A stretch of 64,000 nt of DNA from Octopus bimaculoides. Taxonomy: Eukaryota. This document shows, in pieces, positions 13,615 to 26,519 of this stretch. The first letter of the stretch is position 1; the number at the start of each line of letters is the position of its first letter. The notes under the pieces were generated by a model, which saw only the letters and a list, made by a program, of their open reading frames with translations, was not told the DNA's origin and did no database searches. The stretch is taken from contig NC_068993.1 of the NCBI RefSeq assembly GCF_001194135.2, positions 28,169,702 to 28,233,701 on the forward strand, given 5' to 3'. A program made the translations under genes and the position numbers.

Positions 13615-13995
13615 TATGGATTGGTTCTCGTGCCAGTGGCACGTAAAAAGCACCCTTGGAGCATGATCGTTTCCAGTGTCACCTTACCGGTACATGTGCC
13701 GGTGGCACGTGAAAAACAGCATTCAGCGTGGTCATTGCCAGTGCCGCCAGACTGGCTCCCATGCAGTTGCATGTAAAAAAACACCTTTTGAGCATAGTCA
13801 TTGCCAGAAACACCTGACTCGCCCTCATGCCAGTGGCACGTAAAAGCACCCATTATACTCTCAGAGTGATTGGCGTTAGGAAGGGCATCCAGCTGTAGAA
13901 ACTCTGCCAGATCAGATTGAGCCTGGTGCAGCCTTCTGACTAACCACTCCTCAGCCAAAACGTCCAACCGGACATTAAACGACAATGATGATGAT
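13615..13995 (+). repeat. LINE-tail/SINE-like repeat with internal gccggtggcacgtaaaaagcac units and (GAT)n tail
   Basis: Same core and tandem units as the 3' UTR of the PHD-insert LINE copies. Confidence 0.8.
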
Positions 13996-14010
13996 GATGA
14001 TATATATATG

Positions 14011-15253
14011 TATCTGTAAATAATATGTGACAATTATTCAGTAGCCATGATAAAACTCCGAGTTTCGGATGTTGGGGCGGAAACCCACACCGCTATCTCT
14101 TCAGTTACCTGGCCATCGAAAAAAATGCTATGCAAATGACCGTTAAACAAAGGGAAATAACTGTGTGATTGACCGTTATTAAGACAAAAGAGCTATTAGA
14201 ATGATCGCTAAGTGAGGGGAGGGAGTAAAATGTCCATAGTATTCGTGTAAGTGCACCAGTCCATACATACACATGCGTGCCCGCACACCCATGTACATGC
14301 GCCTATATGTATATCCTCATCCACCCTCACTTGAAACACACACACGCATGCAACACACTTGCACACATACACACGTGCGCAAAAAAAGTTCATACGCACA
14401 TCTATATACGCATATGCACAAGAAAAAACAGAGCTAAAATCAAAATACAGAAAAATGTGTAAGACAGTGTAAAAAAGCAATAAGGGTAAAATATGTCTAT
14501 ATACACACATTCTCGCTTGCACACACATGTCTATATACGCACATACCTGCACACACACACATCCACAAGTGTGCACAAAAGGTTCCATGTACACATCTAT
14601 ATACGCACAGGAAAAATGCAGGGTGGAAGGTAGAATACAGAAAAAATATGTGTAAAAAGTATATGAGCGATTAACCTATAAAACAATATCTCTATAAATA
14701 TGTAAAACAATATAAAAATATATAAGCAATGTAAGTAAAAAGTATAGAGAGATAAAAAGCTTGTACATAGACACAATATAGAAAGCAAGTCCTATCTATA
14801 ATCTCGAGGGGACCAAAATCGCGTGTGTATGTGTGTGAGCATGTTGCGTGCATGTGTGTGTGCGAGCGTGTATGCGGGTATGTATATATTTTTGGGGCGA
14901 ATGTGTGGGTGAGCATGTGTGTGTTTCAAGTGAGGGTGGATGAAGATATACATTTAGGCGCATATACGTGGGTGTGCAGGCGCGCATATGTATGTAAGGA
15001 CTGGTGCGCTTACGTGAATACTATGGACATTTTTACTTCCTTACCTTTACTCCCTCCCCTCACTTAGTGGTCATTCTAAAAGCTTTGTCTTAATAACGGT
15101 CAATCACACAGTAATTTCCCTTCATTTAACAGTCATTTTCATAGCATTTTTTTCGATGGCCAGATAACTGAAGAGTTGGCAGCATGGGTTTCCGCCCCGA
15201 CATCTGAGTTTTATCATGGCTACCGAATAATAGCCATATATTATTTACAGATA
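14011..15253. mobile_element. Foldback/MITE-like element with approx. 340-bp inverted arms
   Basis: 14011-14350 is the reverse complement of approx. 14900-15253; termini tatctgtaaataatat / atattatttacagata. Confidence 0.8.
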
Positions 15254-15313
15254 AATCCCTCTATTTAATATCGAGGTCTCTTTCTTTCTTTTGGTGTCTT
15301 ACCTTTTCTATCA

Positions 15314-15357
<44 letters not shown>

Positions 15358-15367
15358 NNNNNNNNNN

Positions 15368-15400
<33 letters not shown>

Positions 15401-15402
<2 letters not shown>

Positions 15403-16830
15403 GTTCACCAAGGATCAGTCCTCAGCCTCTATGCTGATGACTTTGCTCTAATAGTTGAGTCACAATCAGAACTAGAGAAGTTTAAGGTGTGAAGGCAAGG
15501 TCTAGTATCAATGGGCCTTACGGTCAATCTAGCAGAAAGCAAAGTCTTAATAAGTAGGAAGGCAGACAAATCACAAATCCCTTCAGGTAGATGGCCCTGC
15601 TTGATCTGTAGGAAAGGTGTAGGTAGAAACTCCATAAGATATACCTGGTGTAAGCTATGAACACATAAGAGGGTCAACAATATCAAAGGAAGGCGAACTG
15701 GGAAGATAGTTTTTATGTGTGGCAAATGCTCAGGAACAATAAACACTGAAAATGTGCAGAAACAGCTTCCATCACATGCTAGGGGAAAAACTAGAAGTAG
15801 TGGATAGGTGACCAAGTCAGTAATGGGGGATGGATGTTCTGAGAGTGTAGCTGCTAGAATAAGAATAGCCTGGGTGAAGTTCAGAGAGCTCCTACTTCTG
15901 CTGGTGGCAAAGGGCCTCTTGCTCAGAGTAAAAGGTAGACTGTATGACTCATATGTGTGAACAGCCATGCTACATAGCACTGAAGCATGGGCCGTGACTG
16001 CTGAGGAATGAAGCTAGTATGCTCCACTGGATGTGTAATGTCAGTGTGCATACATGACAGTATAAGTACCCTGAGAGAAAAGTTGGACATAAAAAGCATC
16101 AGATGTGGTGTGCAAGAGACAACTGTGCTGCTGTGGTCATATGTTGCATATGGATGAGGACATCTGTGTGAAAAAGTGTCACACCGTAGCAGTAGAGGGA
16201 ACCTCTGGAAGAGGTAGACCCAGGAAGATTGAGATGAAGTGGTGAAGCACGACCTCCAAATGTTGGGCCTCACAGAGGCAATAACAAGTGACTGAGATCT
16301 TTGAAGATATGCTGTGCTTGAGAAGACCCGGCAAGCCAAGTGAGACCATAACCAGTGCAGCATAACCAGCCCATTTAAGAGTACCTGTCAGTCATTGGGC
16401 AATAAACTGCACTTGTGAAGATCTGTTGAGTCAAGTGAAGTCATTGTTGTGGCCAATGACATTACTACCAGATTGGCACCTGTGCCGGTGGCACTTAAAA
16501 AGCATCATTCGAGTGTGGTCGATGCCAATGCCAACTGACTGGTTCCGTGCCGATGGCATGAAAAAAGCACCATTTGAACATGGTCATTGCCAGTACTACA
16601 TGACTGGCTCCTATGCCAGTAGCACATAAAAAGCACCATTCAAGTGTGGTCGATGTCAGTAAAAAGCACCCACTACACTCTCGGAGTGGTTGGCATTAGG
16701 AAGGGCATCCAGCTGTAGAAACTTTGCCAAATCAGATTGGAACCTGGTACAGCCTTCTGGCTTGCCAGCCTTGTCAAACCATCTGCCCATGTCAGCATGG
16801 AAAGTGGACATTAAATGGCGATGATGATGA
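15401..16830 (+). mobile_element. RTE-like LINE 3' part (PHD-insert family) with 3' UTR
   Basis: GVHQGSVLS, LYADD, C4HC3-like insert, GRGRPRK, then the same 3' UTR; internal deletions. Confidence 0.85.
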
Positions 16831-17447
16831 TCCCCATAACCACACACAAACTTTCACATACAAACATACATATTGGCCCTTACACTAAAAATACAATAAA
16901 TTTCTTCAAATTCAGTGGCTAACCCAAGCAGTCTTGGATGAATGATTTTATCTTTTGATATCTTGTGTTGCTTAAGTGTTGTAAGTATGTTTTTTCTTTT
17001 TTTTTTTAAAAAAAAGACCTCGTAGATTTTTTTAAAAGACTTCAAGGTGACCACCTTTATGAAATATCGCAGTTTAGAATATGGCCCTCTTGAACGCAGT
17101 TCACCCTTCAGCATGGGGCTCAACTGGGAGCAATCAGTCCAACTGGCTTAGGACCGGTCCTGTGCACAAGCTTTTGTCACTTAAACCCAGTGACATACAG
17201 ATATCTCAGTATTTGTGAGACTACTATCATCTGACAAGATGAGGCAATCATCGTGTGTTTGTGCATGTGTATGTGTATGTAGTATTTAAAAAGACATCAG
17301 TGGTGCATAATAGATTGCCATAGGTTTCCATCTGCTGTATCGATTTCTCACTACAAAATTCCATAAAACATAATATTACTTAAGAGCAGCATTTACCTGC
17401 ATGTAAAGTTGTATATAGCACAATTTAAACCCTTGAAATTATTTACA

Positions 17448-17486
<39 letters not shown>

Positions 17487-17816
17487 NNNNNNNNNNNNNN
17501 NNNNNNNNNNNNNNNNNNNNNNNNNNNNNNNNNNNNNNNNNNNNNNNNNNNNNNNNNNNNNNNNNNNNNNNNNNNNNNNNNNNNNNNNNNNNNNNNNNNN
17601 NNNNNNNNNNNNNNNNNNNNNNNNNNNNNNNNNNNNNNNNNNNNNNNNNNNNNNNNNNNNNNNNNNNNNNNNNNNNNNNNNNNNNNNNNNNNNNNNNNNN
17701 NNNNNNNNNNNNNNNNNNNNNNNNNNNNNNNNNNNNNNNNNNNNNNNNNNNNNNNNNNNNNNNNNNNNNNNNNNNNNNNNNNNNNNNNNNNNNNNNNNNN
17801 NNNNNNNNNNNNNNNN

Positions 17817-17853
<37 letters not shown>

Positions 17854-19029
17854 ATATACATACACACACACACTACATTTTTTTAAGTGTGCGTGTACAC
17901 ATATGAATACTCACTCACATAGTTATACTGCTTATGTTTACTGATATGATTATGTACATACATATATCTATCTATCTATCTATCTATCTACAGTGTCTGT
18001 GTGTGTGTGTGTGTATTTCTGCTGTAACATATGGTTGTCATCCATTCTTGTATCACCAATCTTCTTTCCACATCCTGTCTGCTGCACTAAAAGTTGGTTC
18101 TGTTTGCAGTGCATCTTGTGACTTGCAAAACTCCTTAATCTCCTCTGTATGGTTCATTGTAAAGGTCAACCTGGGGTTAGCTGTCTCTCTGGTTAAACAT
18201 ACAACACACACACTCTCTCCTCCCCCCTCTTTATACATCATGTACTTCTACACTGAAATCTATGCAAATCTTAGACAGTGCCTTTCTCTCTCTCATTGTG
18301 TGTGTGTGTGTGTGTGTGTGTATAGATCTTTTAATGTATATATTATTAAATTTCTCTTTGCTAACTTCTTCTGGTTTCCTTCTCTTGCTCTTGTTCTCTC
18401 CACTTCTCTCACTATCACCAACATAGGAACAATTTTCGGATTTTGCTATCATGTAAAAAAAGACCAAGACATTTTCACTTTATCATCATCATCACTACTA
18501 TCATCGCCATCACTGCTGTCATCACCATCATCACCATAGGAAAGACGTCTATTTGAACTGCTAGAAATGGCCATTTTAAATAAGGACTTGACACATTAGA
18601 TAAAGTATTACATAACCTTAAAAAGAGAGAATGACAACAGCTGGAAAACCTTCTGTTGTGGATACTGACGTGGTTGTGTGACTGAGAAATTCTTTCTTTT
18701 GTATTGTCTTTACTTAACCCCTCACTTCTTAAAATCCTGTCTCCCGTCTCCTCTCTCTCTCTCTCTGTCTCTTAATTGATTCCACTATTTCTACCTCTCT
18801 CTCCCTCTCCTCAATACCAATATCATTCTCACCCCATTACCATAACTATCAACTATTTATTCCTTATTTGTTTTAAGTTATATCCCTCAATATTACACAG
18901 AAATTACATATACATTTAGTAGGGTAACTGCAAATGTAGCCCCACCCCCACCCCTTACTAGGGTGGGGGTGAATGATTTCATTATTATTTTACCAGGATT
19001 CACTCAACTCTCTCTGTCTTTCTCCCTCT

Positions 19030-19075
<46 letters not shown>

Positions 19076-19669
19076 AAACTGTTGATGATATAAGTTGAGT
19101 GCTACTCAGTTAAATAGAGTGTGTTTGGGTTCAAACTATTCCACTATATTTAAAAGTTTTTAAAAGGCATAAGCACTTCCTTTGGATTCACTACAGATTA
19201 AATAAACTACAGATTTAGTCAAATTTGTGATTTGTAATAAAAAAAAAATACTCCAATCATCATCATCATAATTATTGTTATAATTAAAGATGATGATTCT
19301 GAGATCAAATCAACTTTGTCTTTCATCCTTTTAAGGATAATGAAGTAAGTGCCAATTGAGTTTTGAGGTCATTGTAACTGACTAGCCCATCTGCCCACCC
19401 ACTAAATCTCAAGTCTTGTGCCTATTGTAGAAATGATTATCAAAGATGATGGATTGCCAGAAATAGAAAGGCAGTAGATAAAATGCCTTGTGATTGTTGT
19501 TTTGGCTCTTTCCCTTCTAAGTTTAAACCTTGCTAAGTTCAACTTTACTTTTTGTCCCTCTGGGATGATTAAATACCAGTGAATTATGAAGGTCAATACA
19601 ATCAACCAACTCCCTCCTCTCACATTTTGCCTATGTTAATCATTTTCACTATTATTATTATTATCATTA

Positions 19670-19880
19670 AGGTCACAAGCTGGCAGAATTGTTAGCATGC
19701 CAAGCAAAATGTTTCGCAATATTTTGTCCGTCCTTACATTCTGAGTTCAAATTCTACCAAGGTCAACTTTGTCTTTCCTCCTTTTGGGGTTAATGAAATA
19801 AGTATCAGTTACACACTGGGGTCGATGTAATCAACTAGTGCACCCCCCCCCCAATTCCAGGCCGTGTGCCTTTAGTAGAA
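19670..19880 (+). repeat. tRNA-derived-like SINE family, further copies at approx. 50870-51090 and 51105-51300
   Basis: Shared ggcagaattgttagcatg...ttctgagttcaaatt...ttttggggtc.at.aaataagtaccagtt core. Confidence 0.65.
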
Positions 19881-19926
19881 AGGATTGTTGTTGTTGTTGT
19901 TATTATTTGATTTTACATTTTTACAG

Positions 19927-20064
19927 GATGTCTGAAGAAAAATGCCAGTTTCTACCTTAAATACCATCCTGGGGTATGGACAAAGAGTTTAAAGAAGTAC
20001 AAATGCTGTGACCAGATTGACCGCAATGCTCCAGGATGTAAACTGTCTTTTATTGAGAGACATG
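19927..20064 (+). CDS. TEC: Tec-family kinase exon: Btk zinc-binding motif
   Basis: tttacag|GA TGT CTG... translates (x)CLKKNASFYLKYHPGVWTKSLKKYKCCDQIDRNAPGCKLSFIERH, with KYHP..W..CC-x9-C as in the Btk motif; donor CATG|gtaagg. Confidence 0.92.
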
Positions 20065-20205
20065 GTAAGGTGGCTTCATGAGACTACAAAATACAGTTAC
20101 AACCCTTTAATTTTCAAATTTCATTGAGTTTAACTTTGCTTTTTATTCTTCCAGGATTGATAAAATATAGTACCAATGAAGCACAGGGGTTGATTTCACA
20201 TTCCT

Positions 20206-21013
20206 ATGTTCCTAACATAGAAGCAAGGGTCCATCTGCATGGTTACTCAACATTCAAAAAGTATCAGCCAAATTTGCCTCACATCACAACCTTCCATTCT
20301 AGAGAAGTGAAAGACACATTTGATAGTGTAATGTAATCCCAGATACCCTAGATGTTAATGGAATGACAATGAAAGAATTGTTTTCAACAAAATACTGCAC
20401 CCAAAATATAAGTCAGCAAGTGAGCCTCTGTGCTTAACTTATTAGAAACAGCAGCCAAATCTCCCTCAAATCCCCACCCCACCGTATTAGAAAAGGTAAT
20501 TTTTGGATAATGTAGTCCTGTACATAGGAAAAAGACAAGCTGGTCATGATTTGAATACTTTTGATCATAGATATCTTTAAATCAGGGCTAACCTGAGACT
20601 AAAGAACAACAGCTAGTTTCTGCATGGCTAATCAACATGTTAAAAATAGCAAACAAATACCACTTGAATTTTCCTACTTCCTTGAGGAAGAAAAGGATGC
20701 ATTGGATAAAGTAGTCCTTGAACACCTTAAACAGATGCAGTTTGAAATGTCTCTGTCTGTTTCATCAGTGTTAACCTGGAACTAAACAACAATACAATTC
20801 CTTACCATATCCAAAGTCAAAATCAGACAAACCAACTGACACTCAAAAAGATATTCCTGTACTATACAAATGTTCCTAACATAGAAGCAAGGGTCCATCT
20901 GCATGGTTACTCAACATTCAAAAAGTATCAGCCAAATTTGCCTCACATCACAACCTTCCATTCTAGAGAAGTGAAAGACACATTTGATAGTGTAATGTAA
21001 TCCCAGATACCCT
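20206..21013 (+). repeat. Perfect 144-bp direct repeat (20206-20349 and 20870-21013)
   Basis: Base-for-base identical by inspection, 664-bp offset. Confidence 0.9.
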
Positions 21014-22194
21014 GGAAAGAAGGTGCCTCTGAAGGTTATACGATTTACTAAAAGTAACAGTCACACTTCTCTCAAATTGTCTTTAAAGATGTGAGAACAA
21101 ATTGAATAAAACAAATTAGGTACACTGTGCCTGAAAAAATGATGGAGTGATTATGGTGAGGATGTCATTTATCATAGGTCTAATCAGTCAGAGATAGTCT
21201 AGAATCAAGCAACAAATAAAACATATCACACAACAATATCGTAAATTTACATCTGCAGACATCCAATGCATCATCCAGGTACACTTAAACTGTACTCTTG
21301 GCTCTAACTCAGAACACACACTATGCAGACACACCCAGACCTCATTCATGGACCTAACACAGAACAAATACTAGCCAAGCACACTCAATCTAATTATGTA
21401 TGTATGTTTCTACTGTAACAAGTTTGTTATTTCTTTGATATGCCTACACCGTATGAACCCAAACACTTTTTTAGCTTTGCCTCCCCATTGTGCACATATA
21501 CACCTACATACCTAGGGGTATATACATGACAATGATGGAGCCTCTATGCAGTTGCACATCTAGTTCATGATGATTTAAGTGGTCTTTCTGAAACAAATTA
21601 TAGCCAGTCGTGTTAAAAACACCATCACAGAGTAAAATATGTATCCAAGTTCCCATGACTGTACTGAAATCAGGGTCTGTACTTTTAATGTAAGAGCAAA
21701 AAAAAAGGTGAACCTTGTTGCAGAAACTGTAGGAATTTAAAAATACTCTCATGTAGCACTAAGTCACAATTCAAGGAAACTACAGTACATAACTTCGGGT
21801 GTATATAAGGTGGTAAGCCAGGGCAAGTTTGACAAAGGATTTTATTTTCACAACTAGCCTTATCAAAGGCTCATTAACATACACATGCTTCAGTAGAACT
21901 TGAGAAACTTAATCCAACTATTAGTCTCACTGTTAATCTAACTAGTTGACTGAGCTGGAAGATATATTTTAGAGGAACACAATCAAAGTCCTTGGATGAG
22001 TTATCAGCAAGTGCTTATAATTTGATGATTCTTAGGGTATTGTTCTATTTTGAAATGAGTAGAATATTTGGGCTGAATATGGCCGGTTTAAATGCTAAAG
22101 GGTTAATATAAGAGAACAGAGCTAAAGTTGCATGCTACTGACTGCTGGTGGTATCTCCTTTATTTGGAGACAGACCTTCCTGATGGTTGTTTCA

Positions 22195-24360
22195 TACATA
22201 CATATACATGTAAATATATGCATATACGTATACATACATACATACATACATGTACAATGGGCATTGCGCATAAAATAACCTAGTCCGGTTTTTCCATTTC
22301 ATGTCCGAATACATCTCCTGCTGTGGCTGCGTAGTCCTATCCTGGACAAACACTCCCTCTGACAGGTGATGCAGATGTAGTGAAGGCTTTGCCTGGCTGG
22401 TTGTGATGTCATGGCTTCTTGTTGACGTCTTTTCTTGTCTTTCCATTTCTCCTCTCTCCCTCTGTCACTCCTTTGTGTTCCATCTTCTATGGTGCATCGC
22501 CAATCTCCACGCTTGCTGGCAACCACTTCCCAGTTGCTAATATTGATGTCGCAGGCCTTCATGTCCCTTTTGCAAACATCCTTGTATCGTAAGAACGGTC
22601 TTCCCACAGACCTAGTGCCTCTAGTAAGCTCTCCATAGAGTATGTCCTTAAGGATTCTGCCATCTTCCATACAACTAACATGTCCAAGCCATCTCATACG
22701 TCTTTGTGTGAGGAGTGCAAACATGCTTGGTATTCCTGCTTGCTTGAGGACATCTCTGTTGGGGACACGATTCTGCCATTTGATGCCAAGGATTTTCTGG
22801 AGGCAGCGCAGGTGAAAGATATTTAGGCGACGCTCTTGGCGTGTGTATGGCGTCCAGNNNNNNNNNNNNNNNNNNNNNCTAAGTAAACATGCCTGGTAAA
22901 TCTTCATTCTTGTGGTCTTGGTCAGCTTATTGTTGTCCCATGCCCGTTTGGAGAGTTGGGTCATCACAGCAGCTGCCTTGCCAATGCGTATATTGAGCTC
23001 GGCATCAAGGGATAGGTTGTAGGTGACAGTAGAGACAAGATAGGTAAATTTCTCCACCTCCTGTAGTCTGTGGTCTCCAATATGTATGTTTGGGATGTCC
23101 GATGTAGCCTGACCCATGATGTTGGTCTTCTTGAGGCTGATAACTAAGCCAAAGTCGCTACATGCTTGCTCAAAGCAGTTGATGAGCCTTTGCAGGGTTT
23201 TTTCTGTGTGTGATACCAGAGCGGCATCATCAGCAAAAACCATCTCCTTGATCAGGACACTTCTGATTTTGGTCTTGGCATGCAGATGTGAGAAATTGAA
23301 CAGTTTCCCATCACTTCTACTGTGCAGAAACACTCCATCATCTGATATCTCGAAGGCATATGACAGCAGCAGCGAGAAGATACCAAATAATGTAGGAGCA
23401 AGGACACAGCCTTGCTTTACCCCGTTTTTTTATTTGGAAGGCAGCTGATGTTGAATCATTGTGTTGTATGGTGCCTTGCATATCATCATGGAAAGATTTG
23501 ATGATCCTCAGCAGCTTTGGGGGACATCCGATTTTTTGAAGCAGGAGGAAGAGGCCTTTTCTACTTACCAAGTCAAAGGCCTTTGTCAGATCAATGAAGG
23601 CCATATGTAATGTCATTTTCTGCTCTCTGAACTTCTCCTGAAGTTGGTGTATGGAGAATATCATGTCAATAGTTGATCTGCTTCTTCTAAAGCCACACTG
23701 CGATTCTGGATAAATTCGAGAAGCAAGCAGTTGTAGCCTGGACAGGATAACGCGAGCAAAGTTCTTTCCAGCAGTGCTGAGAAGAGATATTCCACGGTAA
23801 TTGTTACAATCACCACGGTCACCTTTGTTTTTGTAAAGCGTAATGATGTTAGCATCCCGCATATCCTGAGGGGCTGTACCCTCTTCCCAGCACTGACATG
23901 CCGAAGCAGAGTGGTGTTTTTGCCGGCTTTGATGATCTCTGAGGGGATACCATCTTTTTCCGGAGCCTTGCCACTGGCCAGGGAGTCAATAGCCTTGGTG
24001 AGCTCCGCTGTAGAAGGCAGATTGTCAAGTTCGCACATGGCTTGCAAGATCTTAGCACCCTCCATTGCAGCCTCAGCGACCATGGTCTCCCGTGAGTAGA
24101 GACCCTGGTAGTACTCCACCCATCTATCCATTTGCTTGCTTTGGTCCTTGATGAGATCTCCAATAGTTGATTTCAGAGGGGCTGACTTGGTTTCAGTTGA
24201 ACCGAGGGCCTTCTCCAAACCGGCATACATCCCACAGATGTCACCACTGCATGAATTGTCTCTTTGTCTCTGGGTTAGGAAATGTTCAAAGAACCAGCTG
24301 GATCTGCCTCAAACTGTCAGATTTTTCTATGGTGTGATCAACCTGGTGTACTTTTGATCA
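22195..24360 (-). mobile_element. RTE/BovB-like LINE, 5'-truncated, RT plus C-terminal zinc finger
   Basis: NYRGISLLS, PESQCGFR, FIDLTKAFD, FADDAAL, FTYL, RWLGHV, C-x2-C...GLRSHSRRC; (TATG)n 3' tail at approx. 22195. Confidence 0.92.
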
Positions 24361-24429
24361 GGTGTCAGAAGACGTAGCACACACTGAGCAGAAACTTTTG
24401 TCATGCCAAGTTCACTGTGCAGAATAGCA

Positions 24430-24660
24430 ATGGCTATTTGGTTTATAGTCAATTGCCTGTCACCCATCATCATGTGGTGAACACAATGTTTTCCTTGGTG
24501 GTAGCAGTTGCAGGATATACAGATCTTGAGTCATCTTCAAGACTCTCTCTTCCCCTCCTAAATTCAACTACCCACTTTTGCACTGTTGATAAAGCTGGAG
24601 CGTCATCCCTTAATGAAGCATCTACGTCAGCATTAATATCCTCTGTAGTTTAAACCTTTT
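24430..24660 (-). mobile_element. mariner transposase N-terminal fragment
   Basis: Minus-strand DAPALSTVQKWVVEFRRGRESLEDDSRS resembles the mariner W..F..G..SLED..RSGRP helix-turn-helix region. Confidence 0.7.
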
Positions 24661-25217
24661 TCTGCAGGTACTTGATAACATCACAAGTCTTCTTTGAACA
24701 GTCAGTTGTCCGTTTACATGGGAAGAAACATTGCAGTTATACTAACAAGAAGAGATGAAATTAATGCATACAAGATTTCACAACACTAGCATCACTCCTT
24801 CATAGACAGTATATGAACTTTTCAGCTCATCCTCATATATATAAGTACATGCATATACACATAGATATACATACATACACAAATGTATACTCATACATGC
24901 ATACACAGACATGAACTCACAAATATACTACATACACACATGTGCATGCATGTGTGCGTACGTATGTACTCATATACGTATGTACATGCATACGTACATG
25001 ATGATGATGATGATGATGATCTGAAAAGGCAGTTAAATATCCATATATCAGAAAAGGTAAACAACACTGACAATTGGGATGAGACATATTTGCACTGTTT
25101 GAAATGTTAATTTCAAAGAGCTCTTGGGACTCAAAAGTCACTGATGTGTACATGCACAGAGAAAATATATCTAATAAGAAACAAGAAGTGGTCAAGTTTG
25201 GAATCAGAACTGACTAC

Positions 25218-25278
<61 letters not shown>

Positions 25279-25838
25279 CCCGGTGTTGAAACGGGGGGCC
25301 AGCTGATGATGGGAAATGTTTTCTATGTGGCTTGTGTGTTTTCTGTACTCTGGTTATCATTATTTTTTTGTCTACGTTTTGTTTGCAATGTCCTGTACCC
25401 AGATATGAACCTATACATACAGGTGGATGTCGGTATGCACATACCTGTACGTATGTATGCATACACTCATTTATTATTTGTTTTTATATATATATGCGCA
25501 CATGCACACACATTTTATCTTTAGGTCAACAAGACCATCATTGGTTTCATACTGAGAGAAATTTCTCAGCAGTTATCAAGCCTGCCACATGCAACACTGG
25601 TACTCTCCATGTGACAGGCTTAATATTTGTTGAGAGATTTCTCTTGACAAGAAACCAATGATGGCCTTGTTGACCCACAAGTAAAGAATATTTATCCACC
25701 AATGCAGTGTTGAGCACTCATTCTCACTGTTTGATATTAGCATGTGCAGGTGTGTGTGTGCATGTGCAGGTGTGTGTGTGCATGTGCAGGTGTGTGTGAC
25801 TTCATTCATGTATTTATTTTTTCCCATTTATTTTTCAG

Positions 25839-25969
25839 ATGAAGTTCCTGCTCGCTTAAATAAAGTTCCCTCCCCCCACACGGATGTGAGTGAATCTAGT
25901 AACGAGAAGGTATATGTTGCTATCTATGACTACTCACCATATGATAAACGAGATCTCCAGTTGACCACT
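25839..25969 (+). CDS. TEC: Tec-family kinase exon: linker and SH3 N-terminus
   Basis: tttttcag|AT GAA...; (D)EVPARLNKVPSPHTDVSESSNEKVYVAIYDYSPYDKRDLQLTT, AIYDY = SH3 ALYDY motif; donor ACT|gtaaga; phase 1 in matches previous exon. Confidence 0.95.
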
Positions 25970-26519
25970 GTAAGAGGCTTCCATTCACCTTTTCTTTTTT
26001 TATATTTCCAAGATGGTAGGATGGTATTGCTGCTTTTGTTGTTGTTATTGCTGTTATATACATACAGTATCCAGTCTAGGATTCATTATCATCATTTTAA
26101 CTTTGCTTTCCAGACTAACACAGGCTGGACAGGTTATCACATTGTTCATTCTTATTTTAAGTTATTGCTCTCCTCAATAGATTGAGGACCATGTCTCATT
26201 TATACATCCCACTTCTGGCATGGTTTCTATGGGTACATTTTATCATGGCACTACTATTACATGATCTAATGCATCCTTCTCTTCTTTTTAAAATGTCAGG
26301 ATGTAATTTAAGAGAAATTTGAGTTTGAGTGACCACATAGTGGTTTTCTTGTTGGCTGGAGTAGGTTACAATAGTTACAAAATGTAGCTTCTTTAATTTC
26401 CATCAACTTAGCACATGTCCTCTTAGCAGTAGACTCCATGACACATGTCTCATCTTTGTCTTAGATGGTAGAATTTGATTTAAAGAAGATTTGGTAATGA
26501 GTATAGCAATGAATTCAGG

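Larger units (their letters stand above)
4316..17162. mobile_element. hAT-type DNA transposon ends enclosing a 12.8-kb nest of younger insertions
   Basis: Imperfect TIRs cagggccggccttagg (4316) / cttaggaccggtcctg (17162), perfect 8-bp TSD TGCACAAG at 4308-4315 and 17163-17170; interrupted host repeat resumes after the TSD. Confidence 0.8.

Noticed and set aside
13346-13776. YIYI/HTHT/LSLS/RERE ORFs here and elsewhere
   Set aside because: Translations of (TA)n, (CA)n and (CT)n microsatellites
13615-13860. Short repeated units resembling a CRISPR-like array
   Set aside because: Degenerate, irregular spacing, part of a LINE 3' UTR in a eukaryotic intron; no cas genes
21504-21752. ORF with a weak VMGT resemblance to PLE RT
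   Set aside because: Too degenerate to assign
25100-25420. Candidate extra exons between the Btk-motif and SH3 exons
   Set aside because: Stops in the required phase or no usable donor; no Tec-like sequence
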